A stretch of 64,000 nucleotides of DNA from Octopus bimaculoides (GCF_001194135.2 NC_068985.1:64012165-64076164); one strand, 5' to 3'. Positions 12,799 to 27,729 are shown, numbered from the stretch's first letter. Program-made: numbers and translations. Notes: generated by a model from the sequence alone, not told the origin.

Positions 12799-13135
12799 AG
12801 GGGGTTTTCTGCCCCCTGGGGCCCTATTACTTATTACATGAAAAATTTTAAGAGTCTAAAACCATCTCTGGTACATAAGTAATGTATGTTCCCAGTTTGG
12901 AGAAAATCAGTTGCGAACTTCAGAAGTTCTGCAGGTCCTCAATTTTATATATAGAAGTAGAGAAATTAACATAATTATGTCATCAAGAGTAATATCCCTT
13001 GAGCCTATGAAGCAACCAAGTTATGCAATTGTTCCTATTGTTTACCCAGGAAAGGGGGTTTTCTGCCCCCAGGGGTCCCATTACTCATTATGTGAAAAGT
13101 TTTACGAGTCTAAAACCATCTCTGGAACATAAGTA
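12799..13135 (+). repeat. Imperfect direct repeat, about 85-bp core at about 252-bp period
   Basis: aagggggttttctgcccc...gagtctaaaaccatctctgg.acataagtaa at 12799 and 13051. Confidence 0.8.
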
Positions 13136-13208
13136 AAGTAAAACTTCAGAAGTTATGCGGGTTTACACACAAACATCCTCAGTTTTATTTTTATTTATAT
13201 ATATATAT

Positions 13209-13250
<42 letters not shown>

Positions 13251-13469
13251 GTAGTGTTGGATCAAAACAGAGTTGAGGAAAATGCTTTGCAGTATCTATT
13301 CTCACTCTTTATATTCTTGAGTTCTAGTCCCAATAAAGTGAACTATGTCTTCCATCTGTTTAAGGATCCATAAAGTACCAGTAAAATACTGAGGTCAATG
13401 GCATCTAATGCTCTCGCCTTAAAAATACTGACCTTGTGCCTAAATCAGGAACCTTATTATTATTTTTAA

Positions 13470-14170
13470 GGCAGCAAGCTGCCATACCTAACAAATTTCT
13501 TAGTAGCATTTCTCCTAACTTTGTGTTCTGAGTTCCCATTCAGCAGAAGTCTACTTTACTTTTCATCCTTTCAGGGCTGATAACACAAGCATCAGTTGAG
13601 TGCTGAGGTTGATGTAATTGACTAACCCCTCCACAAAAATTTATTGTAGAAAGAATTATTACTATTATTTTTATTATATTATTAAGGCGGTAAGCTGGCA
13701 GAACTGTTGGGCAAAATGTCTGGTGGTTTTTAGTCCATCTTTATGTTCTAAGTTCAAATTCTGTTGAGATCATCCATTTGAGGTCAATGAAATAAATACC
13801 AGTTGATCAGTGGGGTTGTTCAATCTACTAACTCATCCCCTAAAACATCTCAGGCCTTGTACCTGTAGTAGAAAGATTATTATTATAATTGCATGAGGGT
13901 GCATGGCTTAGTGGTTAGGGATGTTGCATTCACAATCTAGTCTGGGTGAGGCATTGTGTTCTTCAGCAAAACACTTCATCTCACATTATTCTGCGACCAC
14001 TTTGATACCTGACATGTGATACACCATGCACCTGTTCAGGCAACATCGATTTGATGGGGAGAGTGAGTTAATGTGTGGCACGAACATGTGATCACTATAA
14101 ACAAATGATTTGTGCAGGTTGTTAGGTTAAAGCTGAACACTTATACGTCATCTTTGACAGGAGAGTCCAT
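13470..14170 (+). mobile_element. Cluster of three SINE copies or fragments
   Basis: Two family-A heads (aaggc.g..agctg.c...) at about 13470 and 13685, plus a tRNA-like head gcatggcttagtggttagg at about 13900. Confidence 0.65.
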
Positions 14171-17100
14171 CATTATTGTTGTTGTTGTTATTATTATGTA
14201 AACACAGGTTAATTATACTTGGCAGTATCACAATTACAAAGCAACAGGACATTTAATTCAACCATCATCATTTAACATCTATGTTCCATGCTGGCATGGC
14301 TGGAACTCTTGCATGGGATTTGAATATAACAATGGTGAGTGTAAAATAAACCTTTGAATGGACACAACCATATGCTCACACAAACAACTGTATTAGACGA
14401 TATGCACTCATGCACACTACTCTTATTAGACTGTAGACACAGAAACCTGTCTATATAAGGCCACACACACACAGTTTAGTGGTAGTAACATCTGATTTGG
14501 TTTGAATAGTCTGAGATTAATGACTACATCAGAAGTTTTATAAAGATGTATATCTAAAAATAAAGGACTGAGTAGAGCGTTCAGATGAGAGGATGAACTT
14601 AATAGAAAAAAAAAAGAGTACATTAAGAGAACATACAGTTAGAGCTGAAGCATTTTGAGGAAGACAACAGTGGAATAGACTTTGAATGGAAGTTTGCTTA
14701 TCAACAAGACAGCATTTTTTGTTGTATCTGGCTTACAACGGTTGCATGTGAGAAAGGAGGTTGTGTGCGTGCATTCAAGTGAACATTGTATGTACTGATA
14801 AAAGAATATTTGCTTGAAATGAATCCTGGAAACAGCTTATCATGATTACTCTTCTACATTTTGCCAAATACCACAAAAGAAAATATCAAGATTTGCTTTT
14901 ATATGAAGCAACATTTTTCCAAAATTAGAGAGATTTATTTCTCTGATACTAGAAATTGAGATTTATGAGGGCTGTGTAGCAAAGTCACTAGAGATTCCAT
15001 CTTTGTTCCAAAAGATTGTTATTTTAGTAAATCAAAATGGAAACAGCAAAATATTCTTGCTTCCCGCATCCCCACACACACACACACACACACACACAAA
15101 CTGTTCTCTCCTATCCCTAACAAATTTTTAACTGTTTTCTACATAACCAATTTTGGATGCAGTCAAGTCCAAATGAACCATAAAACAAAACAAAACATCC
15201 TCAAAATGATATCACAATTTTTACTACAGTAATTCTTACAAACAAATACAATTTTACAAATACATTTTTTAGAAATGTGCCATTTATCCTTTGAAAATCT
15301 CAAGTGAAATCAAAACAAATACTTTTATTCTTGTCTGTCACTGTCCGAGATAACACCAAGTCAAACCAATTCTAATTACTTGCACCAAAATACCGAACAT
15401 ACTTTATATATTACAGAATAATGTATCACTGACATAATCAGTAAAATTGGTGCCTATGAGGGGTAATTCTCAAATTATGTTGTTCTAAAGACAAGGAGAA
15501 ATAGAAAGGATCAGTGATGCTGAATTGAACATTAACCCAGATAGTTCTCTCCATAAGTAACTAAATCTTTATATAACCCAATAGAAAAAAACGAGAAACA
15601 TTAATACATAAACCTCATTGAAGAAAAAACTTTAGCAATATCAGAAATACAATTAAAAAAAACTATAACAGAACTCCCTATACCAATGACATTTTAATAG
15701 TTTTATGCACTCACTGGACCAATGGAGAATGTAATATTGGAATGATAGACAAAGTTGCTAATCACAGAAGTAAATGTCTTCTCTGTTAAACTGTATTTAC
15801 CATAAATTTTTATTACAAATTCTTATAAAAAGAAAATGAATATTTCTAAAGACTTTGGGAAAGAAAAATGTTTGAATTTTAAAGAATCATTTTCCTGCTT
15901 AGTCAAAGGAACTATGTATATCCAAATGTAGTGGCAGGGATAATCTGATGTTAATCCAACTGAACATTATACAGACTGGTTTATTCCCTCTATTTATAAC
16001 AATAAATCCTACTGTTATATTTCATTGATACAGTAATAATCTGGTTAATTCTTACTATAAAATGATGTAAAATAGACTGCTACTAAGAATCTCACATTTA
16101 GCTCTCAACTCCAAACATTGCTGTAGTTATCTAAATTTGTACACTTATTAAATCTATAATAGAAATTGCTTATTGCTATACATCTGCTAAGTCCATAGAA
16201 CAAATAAATTGTGCAAGGGGAGTACAAATGGTCTCATTAAAGATGTGATTTATAACAAAACAAGAAATGTATTTGCCAGAGATAAAAAAAAATTCAATCA
16301 AAAATATTTAAATAATTACAATCTAATTAGAAAGGTGCACTGAATGTGTATTCTTTGGAATAAAACTGTGGAACTGATTATGTGTCCACCTTCCCAACTA
16401 TTTTGCAACAAGAGCAGAAACAACCTCATATGATAATTAGGAAAATATTTCAAAGAAGTTGTTCAAATAATATATTTGTTTCATCTGATGATCATACTGG
16501 CTTGAAACTCAAGTTGCAAGACAAACTCTTAGCTTCGGTTTTAATAAAATAACTATATTAATAAACTCTCAGGTTCAGTTTTAATAAGATAACTATATTA
16601 ATTAGCGAGTAGAGCTCATGGAAATATGAAACTTTTTAAATGGTTATAAGTTTCTATTAAGCCATAAAAATTAGTGTTCCTTTATAAATTGTATAAGCTG
16701 CATTATTTTTATTTAAAAACACCTTTCATTTCTCTCAGCAGTTCAGAGGTTCATTTATAAATTTAAGAGCTTCACAATGTAACATCCAACCATATGTTTT
16801 CAGTTTTCATGATGTTCACTCTCATTTTCATTTTATATTCTATTCTCTTAACTGTTGTAAATACTCTGTACTCTTTGACTTACATTTTCCCTTCTTCACA
16901 CTGATGCTCCCGAACTTGTACTAGTGTTTTGACCCTCTGCTTCTCTTTATGTTGTTGCCTATACTGTCTCATTCTTATTCTTGTTAGCTTACATCGGTTG
17001 TCATCCATATTTTATAAACAAATATCAATTTTTAAGTGAGCAGATGGTAAATAATTGTACTTACACACATGTGTTAATTGATAAGCAATATCAAAAATTT

Positions 17101-17329
17101 AGTTCAATTAAAAGAAAATTATACAAACAAAGCTCAGACTAGATTGTTTCCCAACCAAGATTAGTCCATTTCACAGTCCACATCACCACTGAGGCTGTTT
17201 TTATAACACAATGCTTTGATGTTATGGGAGATAAATATGGCTTTGACAAGTAAAATAAACTCTAGTTTCGTAGTTTTGCAACTCTGGTAAAAAAAAGTTA
17301 TGTTTTTTGATTTTGAGAGAAAATAAAAG

Positions 17330-18960
17330 AACCAGGGTCATTAGTAGTGTATTTTATCACTTATTGAAGTTACCTTCATCATTATTGCCCGAAGTATCCC
17401 TTTCACCATCACTAACTTCATCTTTGAACTCTTCATCATCTTCAATGGCTCTAATATGCTTGTAAAGCTTATTCAGATGAGAATTGGCATCCTTGGACTG
17501 TTTTGCTCTCTAGATTCTGAAATGATGCATACAGTCATGCCAGTACTTGCTCAAAGGTAGTGTTTGTGGTGTACTTCCCACTTCTCCCCTGACTATAGCC
17601 CATATGAGCTCGGTTAGCTGCAAATCAGAATGATGTGGTGGAGAAAAGATGACCTCATGACCTCTTTCTCTTGCCATGGAACAAACAATTGGAAGAACAT
17701 GTAGTTTGTTGTATTCCTACAGTTTTTCTCATAGCACACACTTCAGATCTCCTGCTTCGAATGGAATCTCTCATTCTTGACATGCCACCTGCATTTGAGC
17801 CTTCTTCTGCCATCCTTGTGGTGTTGTTTCAGGGAGATTTGAGTGACATTTGGCATTATCCATCACAATGACAGCGTTATTAATCCCTTGGTCATCAACA
17901 GCTTTGAAGAGCTTTTCCATTCACTCAACAAAATACTTGTGGTTGAACATCCTATGGTAGTCTCCTACAAAGACATGCAGAGTGTCCTTCATTAAGTGAG
18001 CCACTTGATTTTCATTTCAAGCTTCTTCTGGCACAGTGCTGTCAACATCAATAATGGCCATGATGAAACAGTGTTGCTTTCCTTTGTGTTGTGTTTTCAC
18101 TTGTTGATCCAGCTCATTGTTTAGATCATACAAACTGTCATCATGACAAGCATAATTTTTGTGAATATAGCTTTCATCCATGTACACAATTCATCACCTC
18201 TTTGCTGTGTTGAGAGGAACTAATTTGACTGTATAGAGATCCCACTTATGAATGTTCTCAGCTCAGAGCTTGTAGTACAGCATTCCTTTCCTCTTTTCAT
18301 GACGGTATCCTTTTTGCTTAAGGAATCTTTGAACAGATTGCAGAGCTGCTTGGACTTGGTTTGGTTGATGATGAGCAACAGCAATGAAACCATTCTGGAT
18401 ACAGCAGTCTATCACATCCCGAGCAACAGTCCTAGTGTGAATCGCTTGACAATCTCTGAGAGATTTCTGGATTATGGAAGTCACAAGATGAAGATCAGGA
18501 ACTACCAAAGCCACTGGATTTTAATTTCCAGTCATCTTCTGCTCTGAAATTTCTCCAGTCTGAACAAATTTGTTCCAGATTTCGCTGCAGAACTTATTAC
18601 TTCAACCAAGGATATTCGCAGTATGGTTCATGGCATCTGCATTCTTCATTTGCCCAGGTCTCTTATTATTGTGCAGCACGACATGTTTATGATGAAACTT
18701 GGCATGTACAGAGAGAATATCCAGCTTCTCCTCCTTGGTAAGGCTCCCAGGTTGATTTATTTTCATGAAAGTCTCCTCAGATTTGAGAAACGGTTTATCC
18801 ACAATCTTATGAGTCTTCATGGGCATGTAAGAAACATTTCTCTGTCTATTGTTTCTTTTCGGCTCCAAAACACGATCTTCAACTTGATCCTTTTCTTCAT
18901 TTCTCTCCATAACTTTTGATCTGGAGGGGAAAGAAAACTAAAGGTGCAAAAGGAAGATCT
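17330..18960 (-). pseudogene. Sailor-type (DD82E) IS630-Tc1-mariner transposase relic
   Basis: VYMDESYIH (D 18178-18176), IVMDNAK (D 17860-17858) and SPPHHSDLQLTE (E 17611-17609). Exactly 246 nt (82 codons) lie between D2 and E. Several in-frame stops; TIRs not identified. Confidence 0.85.
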
Positions 18961-19505
18961 CAACAAGCACTATTTAACAATATAATGGGTTTAAACTAGC
19001 AGTAAAAACTGACTGAGTAAAACACAAAATAGGCCTCAATAGTGTCGCAGATTGTCAGTTCAGCTCAGTATTTGTTTATATCTACTTTTGTTGCTATCAA
19101 TACAAAGTTTGAATAACAAATTTTTAAAAAACAATAACATCCACAGCTATTTTGTTAAGTTATTTCACTTTCATTGAAAAATCTACATTTTAATCTACTA
19201 TAAGCTTTCCTTCTTCCATCCAGTCATTAATGAATTTGTCAATGTGGATAGATAAATAGATCAACAGATAGAAGATATAAAAAATTCAATATTAAAATGC
19301 TATTGTTTTTTGTTTTAGTCACAATAATATATGATGTTTAAAATTTGCCTCTGCTAAACACTTTATATTTTACTACCTCTTCAACAAACTTTTTAACCAT
19401 GTCATTCCTCTCTTCAGGCAATTTATCATTTCTCTCCTTACCTTTCACTTCAACTCTCACTTCCACTAACCACAAGATAGCTTAATGCATTGACTGATAA
19501 TAATA

Positions 19506-19539
<34 letters not shown>

Positions 19540-22167
19540 AGCTCAACACCAGACCATCACCTCTCTGTTAAATATACTATTTCTAGGTTTCTTTCTCTAT
19601 AACACTCCCTTGAACTAACATTTTAACCTTGTAATAACTATTATGTTCTCTTTACCTCATGTCATTAACACTTCTCTCTTGCTCTTCACCTTTCCCTTCA
19701 ACTAATCACATGCCAACTTAACGCATTTCAGCCTTAGCATATTAATATATAGATGACAACAGAACAGGAATCGCATAATTAACTTCATTAGCTTGCAGCT
19801 GTTTCTGATATAAAAAGCAGTGCACTCAGAGCTGAGTGTTTGTGCAACATCCATTAAAATGGCTTCAAGGGAACTATAAGATATTGCATACGTAGTCAGC
19901 TCTAAGTACAGCAGAAACAGCAGTAAGCCCTGTACTTGCCTAACACTTTACTCTAAAGCATATCTATATTGAGTTCTATGAACTGGTTATTAGAATTGCT
20001 AAACTGAAGTAAAATCATAACACACACACAGGCAATGTGTGTGCATGTTATGATTTGGCAATGCAATATTATAATATTGCATTTCTAAAGAGAACCTAGT
20101 CCCTGTTAGAGTGGAGACAGGAAGTAGAATGATAATTTGGGTTGCTAGTGAATGCTATCTTACAGGTTAGTCAGAGAAATAAGAATTATGGGGGGATAAT
20201 GAAGGGTTTATGAGGAAATAAGCAGCACAAGTAATTTAAGACGGAAAAAATCAAGTTAAACAGAGAGAGACTTGGGGAGGTCCTATATTCATCCTCAACA
20301 ACAGATAAAGAATAAGGCTTTCTACAACTCTGATAGAAAATTAAGCCTGACATTTATCATGACCCACCTACAATGAGATAACATTCTAAACAATAACCTT
20401 TAACCTCTTTCACAGCAAATAAACTAGTAAATTTGACCAAAATAAAATCAAATGAAAACAACAGCCTATCAACAACTCTCTCTCTTTCCACCACAAGATG
20501 TAAAAACTAATAGAGCTGATTCCAATGACAGTTCCAGTTCAAGATTCTTCTGCCCAATAATGTCTTCTTCATTATTAAATAGCTTACATCTCATACATTC
20601 CTTTTGCTTGAAGTAAAAGAATCTTATAGTGATGTGTTACAATCATTTCACCACAAGCTATGATATCTTATGAAAGTTTTAAAAAACTGCCAGGAATTCT
20701 GTAAAAATTAAGAAACATATCAGACATTGAAACAGTGTTACAACAGAGTAAGTACACAACTGCTGTTGATTAATTGCAGCTCAATCACAGCTGTGCTGTG
20801 ATTAATCAACAACAGCAGACTAAAGAAAAGACAGTTCAGCTATGAATAATCAACAACAGACTACGATAAAATAAGAAACTAATTCATAAATTAGTAAAAA
20901 AAAAAATGTATAAAAGACAACAGAATATAAACAGGTTACACTCTCAGGTGTGTAGTCTAAGAATATGGAGATTAATTCAATCAACTTTTACTTCCAGTTA
21001 AAATTACTACTGGCCTTGTATTGAATCAAAAATTGTAATTATAGTTACAATTGGTTCAGAATTTTAATATTTTATGCAAGACATACATAATTTCATTTTC
21101 AATATATGAATGGCATAAGTAGCAAAAATAAATCAGATACAGAGTAAGCTGTCATTTAACACTGAGAAAACACACACATACACGTATTAATAGATTTGTG
21201 AGAAGAAATAAGAACAGATAGGACTTGTAGTAATCATGAGATTTATAAGTATGAATTACTGGTAGGTACTGAAAAAGTAGTTTATTACTCTCAAAGAATT
21301 TGGCAGGAGTAAAAATAGAAAGGATTCTAAGAAAATTAGAAAAATAGATTTTAGGTTACTTGTCCCTATTGACAGTGAATTATAACAGTGCATTTGGCAC
21401 AGAATTATTACTCCACAGTATAGGTTCTGTGCCAAATAAAAATAGTTTTATTTTCCAAGCTTTCAGTCAGCTGATCTAGTGTAGTTAGCTCCCCCTACTT
21501 GTTTTTAGCTTTTAACACACACCTAATGCTCCCTTACTCATATATACTACTGTTCAATAATCTATCTTGGTGACCCAATTCCGCCAATAACAATGCTTAT
21601 AGTTTATGAGAAGTGGTAATCGTAAAAGTAGGGCCCTGTAAATATAGGAACATAATGCTATGGTAACATATCAGTTCCCTTTAAGTCTTACTGATAATTA
21701 GCCAAATTGAAAGGAATATTACTGAACCTTTCTCAAAGTGTTTTAGAAATGGAGAATTCATAGTGTGAGCGGGGTGAGGAGGAGAGAGAGACAGACACAG
21801 GGACAAAAAGCATGTGTTAGTGGCTTGATGGTTCATCATTTCTCTTAGCCAGAGATGTAATGACACCTCTATATAAGGTGATATTCTTGTTACCCACCAT
21901 TATGTGAAATAACAGCCTTGGCACAACCATTTACAAAACATGCTTTCATTACTTACATTCTAAGATAGTTCCTTATAATTATTTCTTCCATCATAATGCT
22001 CAGTAGTTGTAAAAGAGCACAAAGTCTATTTAGGCAAAAGATATCGAATTTCTATGTATTAACATGCTAACAAATTTCCTTTCAACTTAAGAATTTCTTT
22101 TGTTTTTATAATTACTAAATTTTCTGAACATTTTGAATTATGAGTAAATTTGTATGTATGCATGCTG

Positions 22168-23668
22168 CACTGCAAACTGAGATAATAGTCCATGATGATT
22201 TTTTTTTAGATTTTCTAAATAACTACCCGAGGAATTTTGAAGATTTACAAGATAGTACAGTACACTATTTTTGGTTTGTATACAAAATTTATATGTAGCT
22301 GTCTTAGTTTCCATATTCTGATCACTTATAAAGATAGAAATACCAACTATTTCAAGAAGAATTATTTTAAATAACTCATATGACACAAATGAACCATTGA
22401 ACAACGAAATACATAAATAAAATTCACAGAAGCTTTGATTATGATTAGTGTTTGGTGTATGAACCATTTTGTTTGTTGACCTCAAAAATGCAGTTGTTAG
22501 TGGATTCAGTCAGTGTTTTGATAGTAGAGGGTAGGACTGCCTAAGCAGAGTCTTGTATTGCTTTCCCAAGTGTTTCCTTAGATGTGTACTACTTGCCATT
22601 CTGATAGATCTCACATTTGACGAAGCTCCAGAGGTTCTCTATGGGATTCAAATCTGGAGAACAGGCTGGCCACTTCATTAAAGTTTCTCCTTTGAATCTC
22701 AATGAGGAGAAGGTCTCTTCAGTTTTCTTAGCAGCATGTGGTGGGGCCTTATCATGCATAAAAATAACCTTGCTAAGCTCAGATAATGGGAGCTCATACA
22801 AGCCAGTAAGTTAGGACAACCCTAATAAAGTTACAGTATGTGATAGAATTAATCTTCACATCTTCCGGCACTTTAAATGGACCAATCATCCTGTCTCCCA
22901 TGATTCCAGCCCAAAACATGACTCCTCCACCCTCTTGCTGACAGTGCAAACACATGGGAGTGGGGTTGTCATAAAACACCCATCCCTTAGCCCAATCATC
23001 AGGACCATCTAGCATAGCTCAGCACTCGTCAGTGAACAAAATATGCTTGACATCGGTCTTCATATACATTCTACCCCATTCTAACTGAGCTTTTTTGTGT
23101 CTGGGAGTCAATAGAGGCTTGCATGTAGGTTTCTTTCTCAAAGCTACCAATTACTTTATTTCTGGTTGTTTTGGAGACATTTTCAATACCAGTATCTGCA
23201 AACAAAGCTTTACTAGTACATCCAAGATTTTTAAGTAAGCATCGCTTGAGATGGGAAATGTCTCATGCTGTGACTGTTCAGGACTTACCTTTATCACTGC
23301 ACTCATTCTGATACTTGGGATTTTGTAAATATTTGCGAACTGTTTTCACATGACAACCTAGTTTATTGACCACTTCATCTACAGACTTGCCTTTACCTAT
23401 TTCTTTTATAATCTGGTTCCTCTCATACCCTGTAAGATCTTTTTCATGCCCCATCTTTTGAAATCAATATTAGGACTTTTAATTCTGTTCAGCCAAAAAA
23501 GAAAATTGTTGATCAATATAAAAACTAAAAAAGCTAAAGGTACTAAATTTTGTGTACAAACCATAAATAGTGTACTGTATTATGATGTAAATTTTCTTCA
23601 AAATCCCTAGAGTAGTTATTTAGAAAATCTAAAAAAATCGTCATGAACTATTATCTCAGTTTCCAGTG
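22168..23668 (-). mobile_element. TRT-type Tc1-like element (DD37E), about 1.5 kb, pseudogenised
   Basis: About 125-bp TIRs (cactgcaaactgagataatag / ctattatctcagtttccagtg|TA). Motifs FTDE..MLDGPD.W.KGW, MHDKAP, WPACSPDLNPIE give 37 residues between D2 and E. Confidence 0.9.
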
Positions 23669-23899
23669 TATCTATGTATATATCTGCACAGAGAGACAGA
23701 GTGACAAAGATCTATTTAAAGATCAAGGCATATCAGAATGAACCACCCCACACTTGGTGCGTAAACAGACACAAATCCACAGATAAACAATTCATTCCAT
23801 TAGTGAAGGGCTCAGTGAAGGGAAGTTCACTGGTGTTTGGTAATATGCAAATCCAAGTGCATCAAAAACAGAGTGAAATTTTCAGTGTGGTATAATATA

Positions 23900-24120
23900 T
23901 TATTTCTTCTCTAGGTGCAAGGCCTTGAAAAGTTTTTGGGGAAGAGGGTTAGTCGATTACATCAACCCCAGTGCGTAACTGGTACCTATTTCATCGACCC
24001 AGAAAGGATGAAAGGCAAAGTCAACCTTGGCAGAATTTAAACTCAGAATGTAGCGGCAGACGAAATACTGCTAAGCATTTTGCCCAGGGTGCTAACGATT
24101 CTACCAGCTCACTGCCCTAA
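23900..24120 (-). mobile_element. SINE family A
   Basis: Matches the reverse complement of the 60198-60420 copy. Confidence 0.85.
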
Positions 24121-25659
24121 TGACATAATATAAGAAGAAAAAAAAAAGATAAACAGATTGTATGATCTCACTACAATGTTTCATTAGGAGATTTTAATAT
24201 AACACAACATTGTACATTTACTTATGTAAGACATGCAACATCCATAAGATTATGCATGCAAATACATCATTATGTTATAATCCAAATCCTCAGGCAACTA
24301 TATGCAGGTCAATATATGATGTGTTGCTAAACAGGCAGGTTCAGCAGTGTATAAATACCCAAAGCAAGAATATGAACAGTTCAATATACAAGCGGGGAGA
24401 AGAGTATAGGATTGAAGATTCCTTTTGACCTCCATTTTCAGAGACTGAATAAATGATATGGTACTACCACTACGGTTATGGCAAAATATTCTTCAATTGC
24501 ATTATCAAATACCATAAGTAAAAATAACAAACTTTTTATTCTAATTTCATAGTTTTATGTTGTACAGAAATGTACAAAGTAATAAAAAATAATTTTACAA
24601 TAAAAACAGGCTCCCAAGTTACCTTCAATGTTATGGACTTTCAGACACATCTCCCACATGCCCAATACACATCATATTTATTCAGATAAATCAAGGGTTC
24701 ACTGTACTTTCTAAAAACTATGAAAAGTTATGTGACCAGCTGTTTCCACTGATAACCAAAAGATGTCCATTTTGTTCAACGTATAAATTAAATGATGCCA
24801 GCATTAGTAAGTTTGTGTTTTGGTACAGTAGCAATATAATCTCAAAAACTAGAAATGGTGTATGAATAGGTGGAGGGAATGGCTACAACAAAACTGTGAA
24901 TGTTGGTAGATGTTAGAAGCATTAGAAGACTGATTAAAATGGTCTGTAAATGGAATGGTAATAGATTAGATGAGCCACAAAGTAGCAATACATGTTAATT
25001 GACACTAGAGAGGATCTGAAATAAATAGGGATCATAGCAGGGGGTCTACAACAAAGCATAAGACTGGAGTATGTGATACTATCAATCTGCATTACTATTA
25101 CCATCATGGCAAAATAGTTAATGATTAAATCTTTTATCTTTTACTTGTTCCAGTAACTGGACAGTGGCTGTGCTGCAGCATCGCCTTGAAACGGTTTTAG
25201 TTAAATGAACCAACTCCAGTACTTATTTTAACAGTCTCTTAAGCTGAACTGCCAAGTTATGGGAGTGTAAACAAACCAATGTTGGTTGTCAAGTGTGTGT
25301 GGGAGGGGGGAACACAAAGAACAGATATATATCCATATATACATTTATGACAGGCTTCTTTCAGCTTCCATCTAACAAATCTACTCACAAAACAGTGTGA
25401 AGTTATAAAAGAAAACAAGGGGCCACACTGAAGAACTGAACCTAGAACCATGTGGTTCTTACTATACAGCCACACTTGCACCTAATGTTAATTAACTTTC
25501 AGAATGATTAATTAGAATTAAGCTAATCTTGTCACCCATATAGTTAATCAGGTTACTTAGTAAGGTGTCATCCACAATGACTGCATTATAGTCAGTTGTT
25601 ATAAGGTTAAAGGAGAGACCTTAGATAGAAGTAATTACAGAAATCTCAAATTGCTGAAC

Positions 25660-26235
25660 CAGATCATGAAAGTTATGGAGAGAGCTGTAGCACAATTAAA
25701 TAGAAAATTAATTAATGCAGATGAGATACAGTTTGGTTTTGTACTAGGGAGAAGTACCACTGATGCTATCTTCTTAGACAACTGCAGGAAAAGTATTTAG
25801 CTAAGAGTAAAGCATTATACTTGGCATTTGTTGACCTGTAGAAAGCCTTCAATAAAGTCCCTCACTTTGTGATATGGTGGTCTCTGAAGAAGCTAGGAAC
25901 AGATGAATGAATGGCTTGTGAAAGTTGTACAAGCCATGCACAGGGTTTTTTCCAGTAAAGTGAGAGTTAGTCATGAGTACACTGACAAATTTAATATGTA
26001 GGTATGACTTCACCAGAAGTCAGTTCTCAATCTCCTTCTATTAATTATTGTCCTCCAGACCATACCAGAGGAATTTAAGACCAGCTACATGCTGATATCA
26101 TGCTCTCATGTAAGAATCTGTAACAGAATTAGAAAAGAAATTCAAGATGTGGAAGCAAAACCTGCACTTAAAGGGTTTTAAAGTTTAGCAAAAAACCAAG
26201 GTTCTAGAGGGCAAGGAAACAGATGGAACCATAAT
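25660..26235 (+). mobile_element. RTE LINE RT fragment
   Basis: MKVMER..AQL, DEIQFGFV.GRSTTDAIF, QEKYLAK, AFVD, W.L.KLG; same family as the 49k and 58k copies. Confidence 0.8.
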
Positions 26236-26239
26236 TCTG

Positions 26240-26960
26240 GTTTTAGACCCCTGTTGTTTGTTGCATATATTAATGACATAGATGCCAACTTGAAGAATGT
26301 TGCAGTGTTGAAAAATGAAGATGACATAAAGTTGTACCTTCAGATAAAAAAAGAACAGATCCTATATGCTATAGATCCTTCTTGCAATCAGACCTGGATA
26401 CAATACAGCATTAGATTACCAACTGACAACTCAAGCTGGCTATGGTCAAGTGTGTTACTATGCATTTTCAGAGGAAAAAAGCAGCTTTTACATACTCTCT
26501 CAACAACATCAATCTTAAGAAGTCTGTTAGTAAACATGACTGGGGTATTAGTGTCAACAGTAATCTGCATTGGACAAACATCTCCAAGATTGTCAAAAAA
26601 GCTATTTAAACATGTATATGGTATGTCCACTTATAGTTTGCATCACCAGTTTGGAACCCCTATCTTGCTCGGCATATCAATCTCCTGGAAACTGTTTGGA
26701 AATATGCAACCAAACGAATACCTGCCATCAAGCATCTACCATACTCTGAACAGCTTGCTTCTCTGGGCATGGACACATTAGAGCTCTGACATCTGGCAAC
26801 TGACTTGGTAGACACCCACAAGATTATCCACCATCTTTCCAACAACCACCTTAGGCACTTTTTTGAATTCCATATGTCTAACACTTGCAAAATCAAAAAG
26901 CAACACAGCACCCATGACTTTTGGAATCATTTTTTTTAATGCTCAGTTGTTAGCTGTCAA
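26240..26960 (+). mobile_element. CR1/L2-like LINE 3' fragment
   Basis: PLLFVAYINDI...(EDD)IKLY, then W.P..LGISISWK..A.K-type C-terminal motifs. Confidence 0.7.
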
Positions 26961-27111
26961 GACACTATATCCTTCAAAACTTCCATGCTCCCTGAAATTC
27001 ACCAATAGTACACCTGATGCACCCAATTCAGTTCCTTTCCTTTTTTTTTTTTTTTTGAAGACTTATTCACTGTTTNNNNNNNNNNNNNNNNNNNNNNNNN
27101 NNNNNNNNNNN

Positions 27112-27260
27112 CTTCCTGTGCTGGTTGCACATTCTGCATTTGGTGTTAGGGCCTGCTTTCATTATTTTGCTTTTATAGTTGTTTGTGGCCAGATATTGGT
27201 CTTGTGCAATGAGAATCAGTCCTTCTGCTTCAGCTGCCCGCTTCAGATAAAAACCCTGCT
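27112..27260 (-). mobile_element. R4/Dong-like LINE C-terminal fragment
   Basis: AEAEGLILIAQDQYLATNNYK..I......KCRMC; cut by an N gap. Confidence 0.6.
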
Positions 27261-27361
27261 CAATATATAGTAAAGGTGTAAGCAGAAATTCCATATAGTG
27301 TACCCAATATAAGCAATGGACACACAAGAGATGCAGTAGAATCACAGGAATATCCTTTTCT

Positions 27362-27570
27362 ACACTAGGCACAAAGCCCCAAAATTTGGGGGGGGGGGCA
27401 GTTGATTAGATTGACCCAGTATACAACTGGCACTTAATTTATTGACCCCAAAAGGATGAAAGGCAAAGTCGACCTTGACAGAATTTGAACTCAGAACGTA
27501 AAGACAGATGAAATACCGCTAAGTATTTCGCCCAACGTGCTAATGTTTCTACCAGCTCACCACCTTTCAC
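27362..27570 (-). mobile_element. SINE family A
   Basis: attgacccc.aaaggatgaaaggcaaagtcgacc...gaactcagaacgtaaag. Confidence 0.85.
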
Positions 27571-27729
27571 AGGAATATCAAAAGAGAAAATAGTTTTTGT
27601 ATGTGGGAGATGCACAGGTGTCATAAAGCCTGATGTCACATGGGAAATTGATCTTCTCAAGTGCCCAGAAGGAACCCAAGAGGTAATAGATATAGTCTCT
27701 GTTACATAAGCAACCTAATTAGGAGTGGA

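Noticed and set aside
16480-16520. CTGATGA...GAAACTCAAG hammerhead-like motif
   Set aside because: Stems I and II do not pair; at best a dead relic.
24610-24700. Possible minus-strand exon ending GAAG|GTAACT
   Set aside because: The translation has no resemblance to SBF and no convincing acceptor was found.
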